DNA of 60,968 nucleotides, counting the filler, from Globobulimina sp. (Eukaryota): the NCBI GenBank assembly GCA_003354225.1. It is 18 parts of 18 records of this genome, joined end to end, with 100 filler letters (N's around TTAATTAATTAA, not from the genome) between each part and the next. Parts side by side here need not be neighbours in the genome. Positions count along the whole stretch, not along the records: positions 33,941 to 37,232 come from PIVH01003172.1; positions 37,333 to 40,624 come from PIVH01003173.1; positions 40,725 to 44,016 come from PIVH01003174.1; positions 44,117 to 47,408 come from PIVH01003175.1; 14 more parts are not named here. The stretch is one strand, 5' to 3'. The notes under the pieces are model-generated. The model had not been told where the DNA came from, searched no databases, and worked only from the letters and a program-made list of their open reading frames with translations. Shown here piece by piece: positions 35,867 to 47,508 of the stretch (position 1 is its first letter; every line of letters starts with the position of its first letter). Made by a program: the position numbers and the translations under genes.

Positions 35867-36480
35867 CGCTTGTAAATATACTCACTATTTGTTTGAACAG
35901 ACTCTGTTGTGCAAGGATAAAACGTTTAAATTATTTTTGTATCAATTGGTTGAAGAACGTAAATAGATTTTAAATAAATTGTTATAATTAATTAAATCCA
36001 CAAAGCACACAACAGACACAAAGTATATATACACGTCCGAAATTCAAATCTGTTATTTTTTCTTTCTCCGAAACTACAGAAATCAAACAGATAAACATAC
36101 AGAGAAACGTGCTCTATCTTTGTATCTGATTCCATGTCATTCTTTGCCTGATATTATATTTATTTATATTAAGATTTGCACAGAGAAAGAGATATAATTT
36201 GTATTTGATGTAAGGAATATAATATAAATAAAATCAGAGAGAAGATTTGTTTCAACATTGCATTGATTAAAAAAACAAATTCAGTAATTGTGAGAGCATG
36301 GATTTAAAATTAAATCCGGCTGGAATTAATTGGAACATTTTATAGAGATATTCATCTTTTATTAATTACAATTTACAAAATATTCAAATAACTCACCTAT
36401 TAATGTAATTTAATACACCTATTTATATTCAAAAAGAAAACAAAAACAATTTATTTAATGAGGTTTGAAAATTCTGGAAA

Positions 36481-36965
36481 ATGATTATTTTTTAAATTTG
36501 CTAAGCAATCAGATGACGCGCATGAATTTGCATTGGTTGTCCACAAGGATCAATATTCAGAAATGGATATTGAGAAAATATCATCATCGAAATAGAAATA
36601 CAAAATACAATACTTACCAATCACCAATTTACCAGACTTCTATTTTAATTATATAACCTCGTTCGATTTGTTCCATCTGCGTATAAATTAATGTTTGATT
36701 TAAAGTAATTACACAATACAAATACGAGAAATGATTGTTTTTACTTTGCTAAGTAATCAGATGACGCATAAATGCGTTGGTCAACAAGGATCAATATTCA
36801 GTTCGGGAATTGTATGGAAAGTACATCATGAAAATAGATAATACAAAATAGAAATAAATTAACTTACCAATTACCATAATTCTTCCTCATAAATGGTTCG
36901 ATCTGCTTGCATCTGTTTATAAATTAATGTTTCATTTAAAGTATTAAACACAACATAAATATGCA
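36481..36965. repeat. Diverged direct duplication, 250-bp period, two copies, non-coding
   Basis: The blocks TTTGCTAAG.AATCAGATGACGC, ACAAGGATCAATATTCAG, ACTTACCAAT.ACCA and TATAAATTAATGTTT.ATTTAAAGTA recur in both copies (starting 36481 and 36731). Confidence 0.85.
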
Positions 36966-37332
36966 AAATAAATAGAATTAAAATAATGATCAGATAGAGA
37001 GTGAAATCAATACTATGAGGTTTCATCAATTATTATTATGGAAGATCAGTATTATCATCAGAAATATCAGTGTAATATCTGTGGAATGTGGAAAGAGTAC
37101 GTACCTATTTAAAGAAGAGGGGTGAAGTTGAGTTTTTTTTTTAGTTTAAACTTTAACAACTTTACCTTGCTCCACACAGCATGACAACCACTTTACTAGC
37201 AAACGCATCACCCAAAACAGACGAGAATAATANNNNNNNNNNNNNNNNNNNNNNNNNNNNNNNNNNNNNNNNNNNNTTAATTAATTAANNNNNNNNNNNN
37301 NNNNNNNNNNNNNNNNNNNNNNNNNNNNNNNN

Positions 37333-37943
37333 GGATGTTTCTTATTTTCTTCGTGGTATCACATTGGAAGATGTTGTCTGTTCATACTGAACATGATTTT
37401 TATTATTTGTTAAAAATAGATATGTTTGGAATTTGGTTAATTAATACATTGGCAGTGCCGGCATCAGCTTTTATTTTATTTGAATGCCATCAGTATCCAT
37501 TTGCTGCTATACATAATGATAATATTTACTTTAACTTACAGTATTTTTATACACTTTTATTTCTCTCTTATGCATTGCTTATAATTGTTCCAATGTGGTT
37601 TGTTTATCCACATTTAACTGGACACAAAATAAAAGTGTTTGGAATAAGTTTATGGATATTTTCAATGTGTTGTTCATCATTTCATGCAGTTCATTTAATG
37701 GATGATTCGGAATGGTCATTGTTTATGAAAGGACCAATATGGTTGGCTTGTTTCTTTGCGATGGCGTTCGTGTGTTTGCATTATCGCATACCAGAATGTA
37801 TTTATCCGGGAAGGTTTGATTTCATTGGAAGTTCGCATCAATTGTTTCATATTTTTATTGCAGCTGCGGCCGTTTGGTGGTGGTATTTTCTTCATTTTAT
37901 GAGTGACTACAGAGATATTCACGGCTGCAATGCAACTAAATAA
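37333..37943 (+). CDS. PAQR / haemolysin-III family (adiponectin-receptor-like) membrane protein, 5'-partial
   Basis: SHWKM..H, KIDMFGI and the signature RIPECIYPGRFDFIGSSHQLFHIF. Confidence 0.93.
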
Positions 37944-38030
37944 TGACGCTATCATAAATTCCACGTGTACATATAATGAGTTGTTACTTGTAAATTGTCG
38001 GATTTTGTCTACTAAAAAAACATTCCAACC

Positions 38031-40493
38031 ATGCTGCTTACCTTGGACAGTGTTTTGAAATCACCAAATAAACAATCCACACTAACAGATGATGATGACA
38101 GTGACGACGACGATATCGATGAGAAATCCCGTACGAATATAAACTTACAAAACGATGATTTATATTTACAATTCTCATCACGTTCACATGATATCGGCGC
38201 ATACTTACAATCGGCTGTCAATAATCCCTCCCACTCATTAAAAAAATTAAAAAACACATTAAACAAAATTGATGGATATATTCGTTTTGAGGTAGTGTCG
38301 CAACACGAATCGCTATTATCTCAGTCTGATGATGTGGCCAAATTGGAATCAGACTTAAAATTAATTCGAGATCGCGTGCATATGATCGAAAACCATATAA
38401 ATCGAATACGAAACGGTGTAATTAATCCCTTTAACGACTTCAAGAAAAAATCAAAACGAAGTTTAAATTTACAGATTGGCGAATCTTTATTACGCTCCAT
38501 TTTACGAATGAAGAAATTGTTGAGCCAATTAAACGAATATTTCCATAAAAACAAAGATATGGTGAAATCCGCCGCCTGCATCGCTGAGATTATGCTGCAA
38601 ATCAAACACGTAAATGACATCTCTGTCATTGACAGCAAACGTGATTATATCCTCTCTGTGTACCAACAGATTAATGATTTAGGAAAACAAAAGTTATCCT
38701 CCGGGCTTCGCTCACTTAATCAACCAAATATCGCCATTGGTTTACAGGTTTTTTATAATTTAGGCGTGGATAAATTGAATAATATCATCAAGCTCATACT
38801 GCAAACTTCCATGGAGCAATGCAGAGAGAACATAAAAAAAGCACTAGTTATTCAACAGCAGGCGGACAGTGAAGAAAAAAAGAGCGACATCAGTGTCAAA
38901 TCATCGCTATTGATCCGTTTGGATAAATGCATAAATCATCATTTATTTGGCAATTTATTGCAAATCTGGAATTTAGAGAAAGTGTTACGAAAAAAAAACG
39001 ACTCCTCTGCCGCTGCTACGCCGTACATCGAGTTAGTGAGTGCTGAATTTAATGACACATTGGCATTTTGGGCCAATTTGATTGAAATAATCAAGCAAGA
39101 ATTTGAGTTTGCGGCAGGCGAATCGCTGTATATTAACAATATATTAATCAATGAATATGTTCGTTTGTATCAAATGTTGATTGACTTTTATCACAAAGTG
39201 GAGTCAACGACGTGTCATTATGACCAGACATTGCCTGTGAATCAGCAGGAGAAGTTAGTGAAAATTACAGGTTTGCAGCATAGACAGCATTTGATTGCAG
39301 CCATTGACACTTTCGAGCAGTTATTTTTTAATAAATGTATTGAGAGAATTAAGCAGCCGTTGAATATATTATTTAGCAATAAAGAACAGCGGCGAATACC
39401 GACCATTGCTGATATGAGGACATTGTGGACCACTTTTTATAATGAATTGAAAATAACGCAGGATTGTGCTCAGATACAATGTAACATTGCACAGATTATT
39501 TATTTGAATGGCATTTATGATATGGTCAAACATTTAAAGAAGAAGATGGTGGATGTCACAGCATGCAATACCAGCGATGATGAGATAAGTAATGACTTTC
39601 GACATAATATTGATATTTTTAATTGTATTCAAGCATTATACTTTCATATTGCATCCTTTTTAAAAGAGGAGAAAATAAAATTAAGTTCGCAGCAATGCAA
39701 TATATATTTGAGAGAAGCGTGCAATTTGTTATATAATTTTAATTGTTATGTGTTATATTGTTGTTTGAGAGTATTATGGGATAATATAATAAGTGGATTG
39801 TGTTTAAGTGTACATAATATGAAACAATTTAGTGTCGATATTCAATTTATATCACATACGTTGTTACCATTGGTACAGAGCGGGGTTGCAATGGATTATG
39901 TATTAAAGGAATGGATTTGTGGTTTAACTATGTTGTATCTGCAGTGTTTGACATTAAATTTTGATGTTTCAAATCAGGAAAATATACCAGTTATTGCAAC
40001 AAATATGGCTCAGTTTATTAAGTTTTTGCGAATATTTGAAGATAAATATAATGTGGATATTGTTATTTGTATTTTGATGTTGCAACAATACAAAAGAATG
40101 TTAATTCAATTTAATGATAATGATGACAAAGAGGACATTAAAGAGATTAATATTTTACAAAAAGAACATCCGAATTTATCATTATATATTATATCACAAT
40201 TTATATTATCGTGGATTAATAGATCACAAAATAAAAATGAAAAATCATTTAATACATTAATCGGAATGACTATGGATGAATATGTTACGAATGCCTTTAT
40301 AAAAAAAAACTTTTTCTCATTATTTGATTTTAACATGAATGCTAATACAAAAATTGCAGCACAAATTATAAATGTTGATATTATGTCAATGAGTGATGAA
40401 CAATATAATTTACTTCAAATTATTGCTTCAAAATTAAAAGACTCGAAACATAAATATATGACGCAAATACAAAAATTATTTAAAACAACCTGA
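38031..40493 (+). CDS. COG5: Conserved oligomeric Golgi complex subunit 5
   Basis: LKKL...ID..IR.EVVSQHESLLSQ...LESDL...RIR..VINPF, GLRSLNQPNIAIGLQVFYNLG, IWNLEKVLRKKND and EYVRL. Confidence 0.85.
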   Translation: MLLTLDSVLKSPNKQSTLTDDDDSDDDDIDEKSRTNINLQNDDLYLQFSSRSHDIGAYLQSAVNNPSHSLKKLKNTLNKIDGYIRFEVVSQHESLLSQSDDVAKLESDLKLIRDRVHMIENHINRIRNGVINPFNDFKKKSKRSLNLQIGESLLRSILRMKKLLSQLNEYFHKNKDMVKSAACIAEIMLQIKHVNDISVIDSKRDYILSVYQQINDLGKQKLSSGLRSLNQPNIAIGLQVFYNLGVDKLNNIIKLILQTSMEQCRENIKKALVIQQQADSEEKKSDISVKSSLLIRLDKCINHHLFGNLLQIWNLEKVLRKKNDSSAAATPYIELVSAEFNDTLAFWANLIEIIKQEFEFAAGESLYINNILINEYVRLYQMLIDFYHKVESTTCHYDQTLPVNQQEKLVKITGLQHRQHLIAAIDTFEQLFFNKCIERIKQPLNILFSNKEQRRIPTIADMRTLWTTFYNELKITQDCAQIQCNIAQIIYLNGIYDMVKHLKKKMVDVTACNTSDDEISNDFRHNIDIFNCIQALYFHIASFLKEEKIKLSSQQCNIYLREACNLLYNFNCYVLYCCLRVLWDNIISGLCLSVHNMKQFSVDIQFISHTLLPLVQSGVAMDYVLKEWICGLTMLYLQCLTLNFDVSNQENIPVIATNMAQFIKFLRIFEDKYNVDIVICILMLQQYKRMLIQFNDNDDKEDIKEINILQKEHPNLSLYIISQFILSWINRSQNKNEKSFNTLIGMTMDEYVTNAFIKKNFFSLFDFNMNANTKIAAQIINVDIMSMSDEQYNLLQIIASKLKDSKHKYMTQIQKLFKTT

Positions 40494-40729
40494 TATTTCT
40501 TGATTGACAAATTGTTGCAACGTTTTTAAAAATAGTAATTTTTGTGCTAATTAAACGCGATGATAATTAATCAATGATAATTAAAATTATATTATTCACA
40601 ACCCTGAGCTTGCAATAACAACAANNNNNNNNNNNNNNNNNNNNNNNNNNNNNNNNNNNNNNNNNNNNTTAATTAATTAANNNNNNNNNNNNNNNNNNNN
40701 NNNNNNNNNNNNNNNNNNNNNNNNAAAAA

Positions 40730-40981
40730 TGTGTTTTCTGTCAACATAAATGGATATTAAATGTCTGATGGTTCATGGAGTATATTAGGATGTGGTCATT
40801 CTTATCTTATCATAAATTATGTCTAAGGAAATGGGAATTGCAACAAAAGAAACTAATATGTATTACCAAATATAAATGTGCCATTTGCAGGGAATTGTAT
40901 AATTGGAGAAATAAATGGACTGTTGAGACAAAACAAATTAATGAGTTGTATCGTAAGGGCATTTGGTTTGTGGATACTTGA
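40730..40981 (+). pseudogene. Frameshifted RING-H2 finger fragment
   Basis: CVFC (40730), then ILGCGHSY in a second frame, then HKLCLRKW...YKCAICR in a third. Removing one copy of the CTTAT duplication (40801-40810) restores CGHSYHKLC. Confidence 0.65.
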
Positions 40982-41098
40982 TGACATTCTTTGTTTAAGC
41001 TTGTTTTATTGTAATAACAGACGAGTGAATGAATGAGTGCAAGGATAAATGTATGATCAATTCGTATCTTAGATATTCCAAGTGAACTAGTCATCGTC

Positions 41099-43369
41099 AT
41101 GTCAACTCTTTATGAGCCACAAAATGATGGATGCACTCATTATCATAAAAAGCATAAACATCATCGCCACCATCACCACCATCACCATCATCATCATCAT
41201 AAACATAAACACAAAAAACAAAGATTAGCTCCCAAACCACCTATAGCATTACCTTTATATTGTCAACCTCCAAAACCTTTCGTCTCTTGGATTGAGGCAA
41301 CGCCGTTATTAACAAACTATTCATCGCGAAAGCCACCAAATACAAACACACAAAAACATTCTACAAAAAGAAATCGTATCAATGCTATACAAGAATTAAA
41401 AGCCCAATCTTCCTCCCAATCTTCTATACAATCTGTACATTCTTCTCCTTCTCAAATATCACAAATCTCTTCAAAATCATCAGCTGCCATCACAAATAAT
41501 CAAATCCAAATCCAAAGCGATATCCCTACTCCAAAACAATCCGTTTATATTACAAATATTAATCAATTAAAAGCCAAACACAGTCACACATATCATGCAC
41601 CAGCACCCTCTAAATCTCATTTTTATCGCCACCAAGTTTATAACAATAATGATAGCCACCACCATTACCATGATAACACCTATTCCTTTTATGATTATTC
41701 CAATTGTGCACGGCAGCCCATTCTAAACTATCCATTCAATCCGAAAACACTAAAAAAAAAGAAAAAAAAAAAGCAAAAAAAACCTCTCCCTCTCCCTGTC
41801 CCTCACTATCACTCTGACTCTGACTCTGACTCTCAAATTGAATATGATTATAATATTATAGCTGATACAAATGGTGAAATATACATTGACATTACAATTG
41901 ATTTACAAGCAAAGAAAAAAGACGATATGCCACCCTCTCTCACCTGTTACAATGTATTGCCATCACCATCACCATCACCAATATCCTCCCTCTCTGAACA
42001 CCATTCCTTATCCATATCCTCCTCTTCCTCTTCCTTATCCATATCCTCCTCTTCCTCGTCTTCCTCGTGTGTCAAAGTAATTTTACGTCGTAAGAAGCGT
42101 AAATCAGTGATTGAATACAGACAAGAATCAATCAACAAACACGAATCAATCCTATTGGAGATATTAAAATGTGGCAATCGTGAATCTGTTATCAATGCCA
42201 TCCGCTATGCCCGTTGCGATGTATTATGCTATTTTTTACCGCTGATTGCTTTTACATTGTGTCAATCGGATAAATTAGAATGGCGGCTATCATTATTATC
42301 CACTTTGCGGCAACGCATCATTGGTCTGACCGATTTAAAACAATCCGTTGCATTCTTATTGCAATCATACAATGATATCACCGAAGTTAAAGCCGTGTTT
42401 GGCCCATTAATTGCAGATAAAGATAAAAGCGATCGCAATGATGATATCGTATTGTTTTGGAATAATATTATCAAAAATAATAAGCGACCCACTGTGATTT
42501 GCATAAGAAATAAAAGTGAAAACCAAAGCAATTGTAAATTACCGATATCTATTCGTGATCCCATTAATCAGTTACGAGCACCAATCTGTTCCATTGAGAT
42601 CAAGAAAATAATCAACAGCAATTCCAAACCATTATTGATTTCAACCTTTGATAGTAATCACTTATTGTCATCCACTTTTATCCTGAAATACGGCGATGAT
42701 TTACGTAAAGATAAAGCGTGTCAGTTAGTATTCAAATGGATGAATCATTTATGGCGAGACTCCAAACTAAATATAAAAATATTGACATATAAAGTGATAC
42801 CGATGTCGAGGAAATTGGGTTGCATTGAATTAATATCGGATTGTATCGCATTGCGAGATATTTGTAGCCTGCGCGTGAATGGCAATATTAATAATTTGAT
42901 CATCTCCTCAGCGGGTTCCTACATAGCGACGTATATAATGGGTATTCGAGATCGACATTTTGATAATATTCTAATTCGTAAAACCGATTTGCAGCTGTTT
43001 CATATTGACATGAATTACATTTTAGGAGATACGCTTCCTTTTTATCAGGGTATTGATGCCAACCAATTTGGAATTACCAAGCAATTGTATGATATGTTTG
43101 GTGTGGATAATTATAATATATTTATAGATTTATCATGCAAAGCATTCCAACTTTTGAGACAATACAACGAAGAGTTTATTAATTTTACATGTTTAGCATT
43201 TTCATACGTTTGTAACTATAAAACTATTCGAACACACATTTTAAAGCAACTACGAATGTCGCAATCGGATGAAAAGGCAAAGAATTGGTTGAAAAATACA
43301 TTAATCAAAGCACCATTTGATGTACAAACACAAATTAAGAATAAAATACATAAATTTGCAACACGATAA
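41099..43369 (+). CDS. Phosphatidylinositol 3-/4-kinase family protein with a His/Ser/Lys-rich low-complexity N-terminus
   Basis: NSNSKPL, LKYGDDLRKD, GCIELI, SSAGSYIATYIMGIRDRHFDNILI and LFHIDMNYILG, plus the helical-domain remnant LCYFLPL. Confidence 0.9.
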   Translation: MSTLYEPQNDGCTHYHKKHKHHRHHHHHHHHHHHKHKHKKQRLAPKPPIALPLYCQPPKPFVSWIEATPLLTNYSSRKPPNTNTQKHSTKRNRINAIQELKAQSSSQSSIQSVHSSPSQISQISSKSSAAITNNQIQIQSDIPTPKQSVYITNINQLKAKHSHTYHAPAPSKSHFYRHQVYNNNDSHHHYHDNTYSFYDYSNCARQPILNYPFNPKTLKKKKKKKQKKPLPLPVPHYHSDSDSDSQIEYDYNIIADTNGEIYIDITIDLQAKKKDDMPPSLTCYNVLPSPSPSPISSLSEHHSLSISSSSSSLSISSSSSSSSCVKVILRRKKRKSVIEYRQESINKHESILLEILKCGNRESVINAIRYARCDVLCYFLPLIAFTLCQSDKLEWRLSLLSTLRQRIIGLTDLKQSVAFLLQSYNDITEVKAVFGPLIADKDKSDRNDDIVLFWNNIIKNNKRPTVICIRNKSENQSNCKLPISIRDPINQLRAPICSIEIKKIINSNSKPLLISTFDSNHLLSSTFILKYGDDLRKDKACQLVFKWMNHLWRDSKLNIKILTYKVIPMSRKLGCIELISDCIALRDICSLRVNGNINNLIISSAGSYIATYIMGIRDRHFDNILIRKTDLQLFHIDMNYILGDTLPFYQGIDANQFGITKQLYDMFGVDNYNIFIDLSCKAFQLLRQYNEEFINFTCLAFSYVCNYKTIRTHILKQLRMSQSDEKAKNWLKNTLIKAPFDVQTQIKNKIHKFATR

Positions 43370-43771
43370 ATTGTTTTATATACCACCTTTTTTTTTCTTT
43401 GCTTTTGTCTTTCTACTCAAGTGTATTACTTTTATTATTTATTTTTGTTTTATTATTATTATGCCACAATTAAATTCTAGTACCAAAACAATTCACTGTT
43501 TCACCAATTTCCATATTTATTTTCTAAATCTTGCCTACTTTCATTTTTATTATTTAGACATAATCCAATCTATGTGATACTGTGATCTTACTATGAAACC
43601 AAAACGTAATGTTGAACCAGTATCGTCATCCAAGGCATCCAATGCTAAACATATAATCTGAGTATTAACTGATAAAATGACGCCATCATCTTTCACCTCA
43701 AAATCCTTTTCGATTAATAACTAGTAATAAGTTAGCCACGAGTCCTAAAGAGTCGCTCATATTATCCAAAG

Positions 43772-44016
43772 ATGATGAATGCAAACAGCAGCAGCCATAA
43801 TAATTTACAATTTGAAAAAAGTAACAATCCCAACCACAGCAATAATACAACGGATAGCAACAACCCAATATACAGCCACAGCCATAATCTAAACGATAGC
43901 AATAATGTCAACCACAGCAATAATCCAAAGGATAGCAATAACTCAAGGAACAGCCATAACTGTCCCAGTGACAGCTACAATAACATATATAATTTCCATT
44001 TCCCTGAAACTCCAAC
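43772..44016 (+). repeat. Short Ser/Asn/His-rich coding-like repeat (about 18-bp CACAGCAATAAT variants), 3'-partial ORF
   Basis: SNNPNH/SNNTTD/SNNPIY/SHNLND/SNNVNH hexapeptide periodicity. Confidence 0.5.
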
Positions 44017-44116
44017 NNNNNNNNNNNNNNNNNNNNNNNNNNNNNNNNNNNNNNNNNNNNTTAATTAATTAANNNNNNNNNNNNNNNNNNNNNNNNNNNN
44101 NNNNNNNNNNNNNNNN

Positions 44117-44960
44117 ATTGAAACAAGCAATACATATTCAACCATTACCTGTCTATGATACATATCTTACATTAAAAAACATAAAAATCTTTAAAATCTC
44201 GTGTGGTCTCAAACATTCTGTGTTTCTCACAACAGATGGAAGCGTTTTGTCGTGCGGCTATAATAAACATCGTCAATGTGGTATGCCATTAAACGAGATC
44301 ACAGATAGCAGCAATCGCTGGCAATTACAACCAAAATATGTACCAAATCTTGGTTTAAATGATAATGTTTTTGTTGTAGATATTCGCTGCGGATTAAGAC
44401 ATAATTTATGTTTATCAAACAATGGGAAACTATATGTTTTTGGTTCCAATGATATGGGCCAATTGGGAATGGGAATAGAAACACATCGGATTGCTCATGG
44501 ATTGTTACATCCATATTTTGGAGAGGAACCTGCTGAAATAAGATTGGTTAAAATCGATTGCGGTAAAAGTCATAGTTTGTGTTTGGACGATATGGGGAAT
44601 TGTTATGTGTTTGGGCAGAATGCGTACGGTCAAATGGGTACTGGTCAATGGGATGATCAATTTGAATGTGTTCGAGAAGTAAAATTATTTCAATCACTAA
44701 AAGAATATGAAAATCATATATTTTGTGATATTTGTTGTGGTGGCGATCATTCTGTATTGCTGAGGGATGTTCAAAACGGGGAGAAAGAAGTCATTGCCTT
44801 TGGACATAATAATTATGGACAGGTCTCTTGTACATTACGTCGTGATGGCTGCATTACGGAACCACACATGATCACGAAAACAGAGATTAAATGCAAATCA
44901 AATGAAAAAATCGTTGGTGTGTATGGTGGCTGGGAAGCTACATTGCTTGTTGTTCAATAA
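44117..44960 (+). CDS. RCC1-repeat beta-propeller protein, 5'-partial
   Basis: Repeated CG..H...L...G.(V/L)Y.FG.N.(Y/M)GQ(L/M)G motifs, for example RCGLRHNLCLSNNGKLYVFGSNDMGQLGMG. Confidence 0.93.
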
Positions 44961-45045
44961 TGTTATATAATATGCATTGCATCATTTACATCTTTAATGT
45001 GGCACACTTTAAAACTTAAAAATCTCTTTAATACTATACTCAGAA

Positions 45046-45732
45046 ATGGCGCAACAAAGTACTATAAACGAAGATACAAATGACAATATAATGGGTTTCA
45101 AAGAAGAATCCAGATTACGAGAATTAAGCCGCCATGCCGTGACCGCGCGCGCCTCCATCGCACAAGAATTAGGACCAATTGCCGGTGCCACAGTTGATTC
45201 TGTACGCTATATATTAGAAGAAATATTGTCATATAGATTTGATACAATGAGAAAAAATTTAATAGAGCAAAATCAAAATGATAAATATTTTAAAAAAGAA
45301 TTGCAACAAAAAATAGCAACGATCGATAAACAGTCACTAGTTATCAACGATGATAATGATAAATTAAAACGGCAAATGTTGGAACGTTCCATACAAAATG
45401 CAAAAGAGCGCAATTCCAATTCCAAATTGAATACGATCACATTACAGAATTTGAAAACACTCGCTTTGTTAAAGAAAATATATCAGAGACAAATGGATAT
45501 GGACACCAATGGCGCCGGGACGGATTATGATGATTGCAATTTATTAAAGAAATACAAATTAGAAAATGTCGAATTGAAAGCACAATTAAAGCAATCTCAA
45601 GTTCATATTAAATATTTGGAAGAATCGAAAATAAATACAATTATGACAATGTCTCAAGAAATACAAAAATTACGACAACAAATCATTGACTTATCTAAAT
45701 CGACGCCATCTGCACCGCCTACACATAGATAA
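45046..45732 (+). CDS. Hypothetical coiled-coil protein
   Basis: 228-aa ATG ORF, heptad-rich; the C-terminus reads LEESKINTIMTMSQEIQKLR. Confidence 0.65.
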   Translation: MAQQSTINEDTNDNIMGFKEESRLRELSRHAVTARASIAQELGPIAGATVDSVRYILEEILSYRFDTMRKNLIEQNQNDKYFKKELQQKIATIDKQSLVINDDNDKLKRQMLERSIQNAKERNSNSKLNTITLQNLKTLALLKKIYQRQMDMDTNGAGTDYDDCNLLKKYKLENVELKAQLKQSQVHIKYLEESKINTIMTMSQEIQKLRQQIIDLSKSTPSAPPTHR

Positions 45733-45986
45733 ATGATTGTTTTTTTTTTGCATGAAATGTTTGGATGTAGATAGTTGTTTATTTCTTTATATTGTTTAGT
45801 TTTTATAGTAGCAAATCATATTAAACTTTTATTTTATAACCTTTAGGATTTCGGGATTCGATACGCTGAAAGCATACAAATGTACGCATTTCTTTCAAAT
45901 ATCCTAAAGTTTAATTCCATGACAATACTATGTAAAAAGAACATGTTACGTTTTGCCAAAATCTGTAACAGCCAATTCGTGTATAT

Positions 45987-46129
45987 TCTGTATCCCTGGG
46001 ACCACTCACATGTCCCGAAAGAGCTGTGCATAAACGTCAAGGGAGTTTTGTATATTTCTAAAATTTATATTTCCCTGACGGTTATTCGCACCCTCTTTCA
46101 GGACATGTGAGTGGTCCCAGGGATACAGA
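45987..46129. mobile_element. Long palindromic (hairpin/MITE-like) element
   Basis: Perfect 29-bp IR TCTGTATCCCTGGGACCACTCACATGTCC (45987-46015 / 46101-46129), further inner pairing, and flanking TTTTGCCAAAATCTGTA / TACAGATTTTGGCAAAA. Confidence 0.75.
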
Positions 46130-46310
46130 TTTTGGCAAAAAAGTACAACAGGTTCTTTGTATATGTTTTGAATTTTGATTTTTGAAGAAGATGTTTTATG
46201 AAAAAACATTTCGCTCTGTCTCCAGCTCTCATCATGGCTCAATCAAATGAAACATTCTGCACTCCGTCCAAAAGTACATGATATCTTACATTTCATTATC
46301 TCAATAGTCA

Positions 46311-46918
46311 ATGCATACTAATAAAAAAGTACGATGTAAACGAACCTATGCACCGACTAAACCCTTACCATCATTGCCTCAGTCAACATCTCCAATTGCA
46401 ACGGCAGACTCATTGCATGCCCAAATAGACATTGACCATGATTCGAGCTACACAAAAATGAGAAAAAATTATATTTTGTTTTCCCAGAGCGACAGAAATG
46501 TCACTAAAGATGTTGAAACATGGACCTATACGGAGACACAGTCAATGTGTACCCGTTTTAGTTGAGAATATTTGTCATAACTCTTGAAATGTTTGTACAG
46601 TACGTGTATTATTTATAAATAGATGTAACTCCAACAAAGCTAAAATGTCGTAGCTTAAAGCACTCAAAGTCAGATTCTTTGGATAGTAATGTGTCGTATA
46701 TGAGTAATAATTGGTGTCACTTAATGGATCTACATTTGAGTAACAATTCAAGTCTTGAAATCAGTGAAAAAACAATGCCGCATTTATGCATTAATATGGA
46801 TGAAGAAATTACATTAAAATTGGATCAAATCGTTTCTCAGTCTTCCAGATCTCTCACTGAATGTGACGTTGTTGTACAGTCTCCACCATTTTTCAAGTTT
46901 GATTTCAAAGCATTTTAA
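46311..46918 (+). CDS. Possible small two-exon hypothetical protein
   Basis: Two coding-like ORFs separated by an AT-rich GT...TAG segment. No motif. Confidence 0.3.
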
Positions 46919-47508
46919 TTACACATTTTATTATCGAAAATAATGTTAAAATATGTATTATTATAATATTATAAAATTCTAAATTACTATAAATTTGTTA
47001 TGATATGGAAACATTGGATCTATAAGAAATATAAATGTACCATATTCTGACATGATCCTTATAAATATAATGATCCTATTTGTGATCGTAAAATAATGTT
47101 TGTTGTGATTTATTTATAAAAATGTGAGTTGTTAACAATAATATTCTTTATCGTGATTATTTATAAAATTGTTCGAAAACTGTATTCTTCATCGTGAATG
47201 CAAGAATATTTTAGTATTCTTGGTGAATGAACTAGAAGCAATTGAGCAAAAAAAACTGTATAAACAAAACAAAAATCAATGCTTTACAATACATTAATGT
47301 TAAAGCCATATTTAGTTTGCCTTTGCCTCACCAGTACCATCATATAAATTATTGATATCGACTTCCGTTTCAACTTCGCCATCATAATCAACCCCATCCA
47401 CACAAAAANNNNNNNNNNNNNNNNNNNNNNNNNNNNNNNNNNNNNNNNNNNNTTAATTAATTAANNNNNNNNNNNNNNNNNNNNNNNNNNNNNNNNNNNN
47501 NNNNNNNN

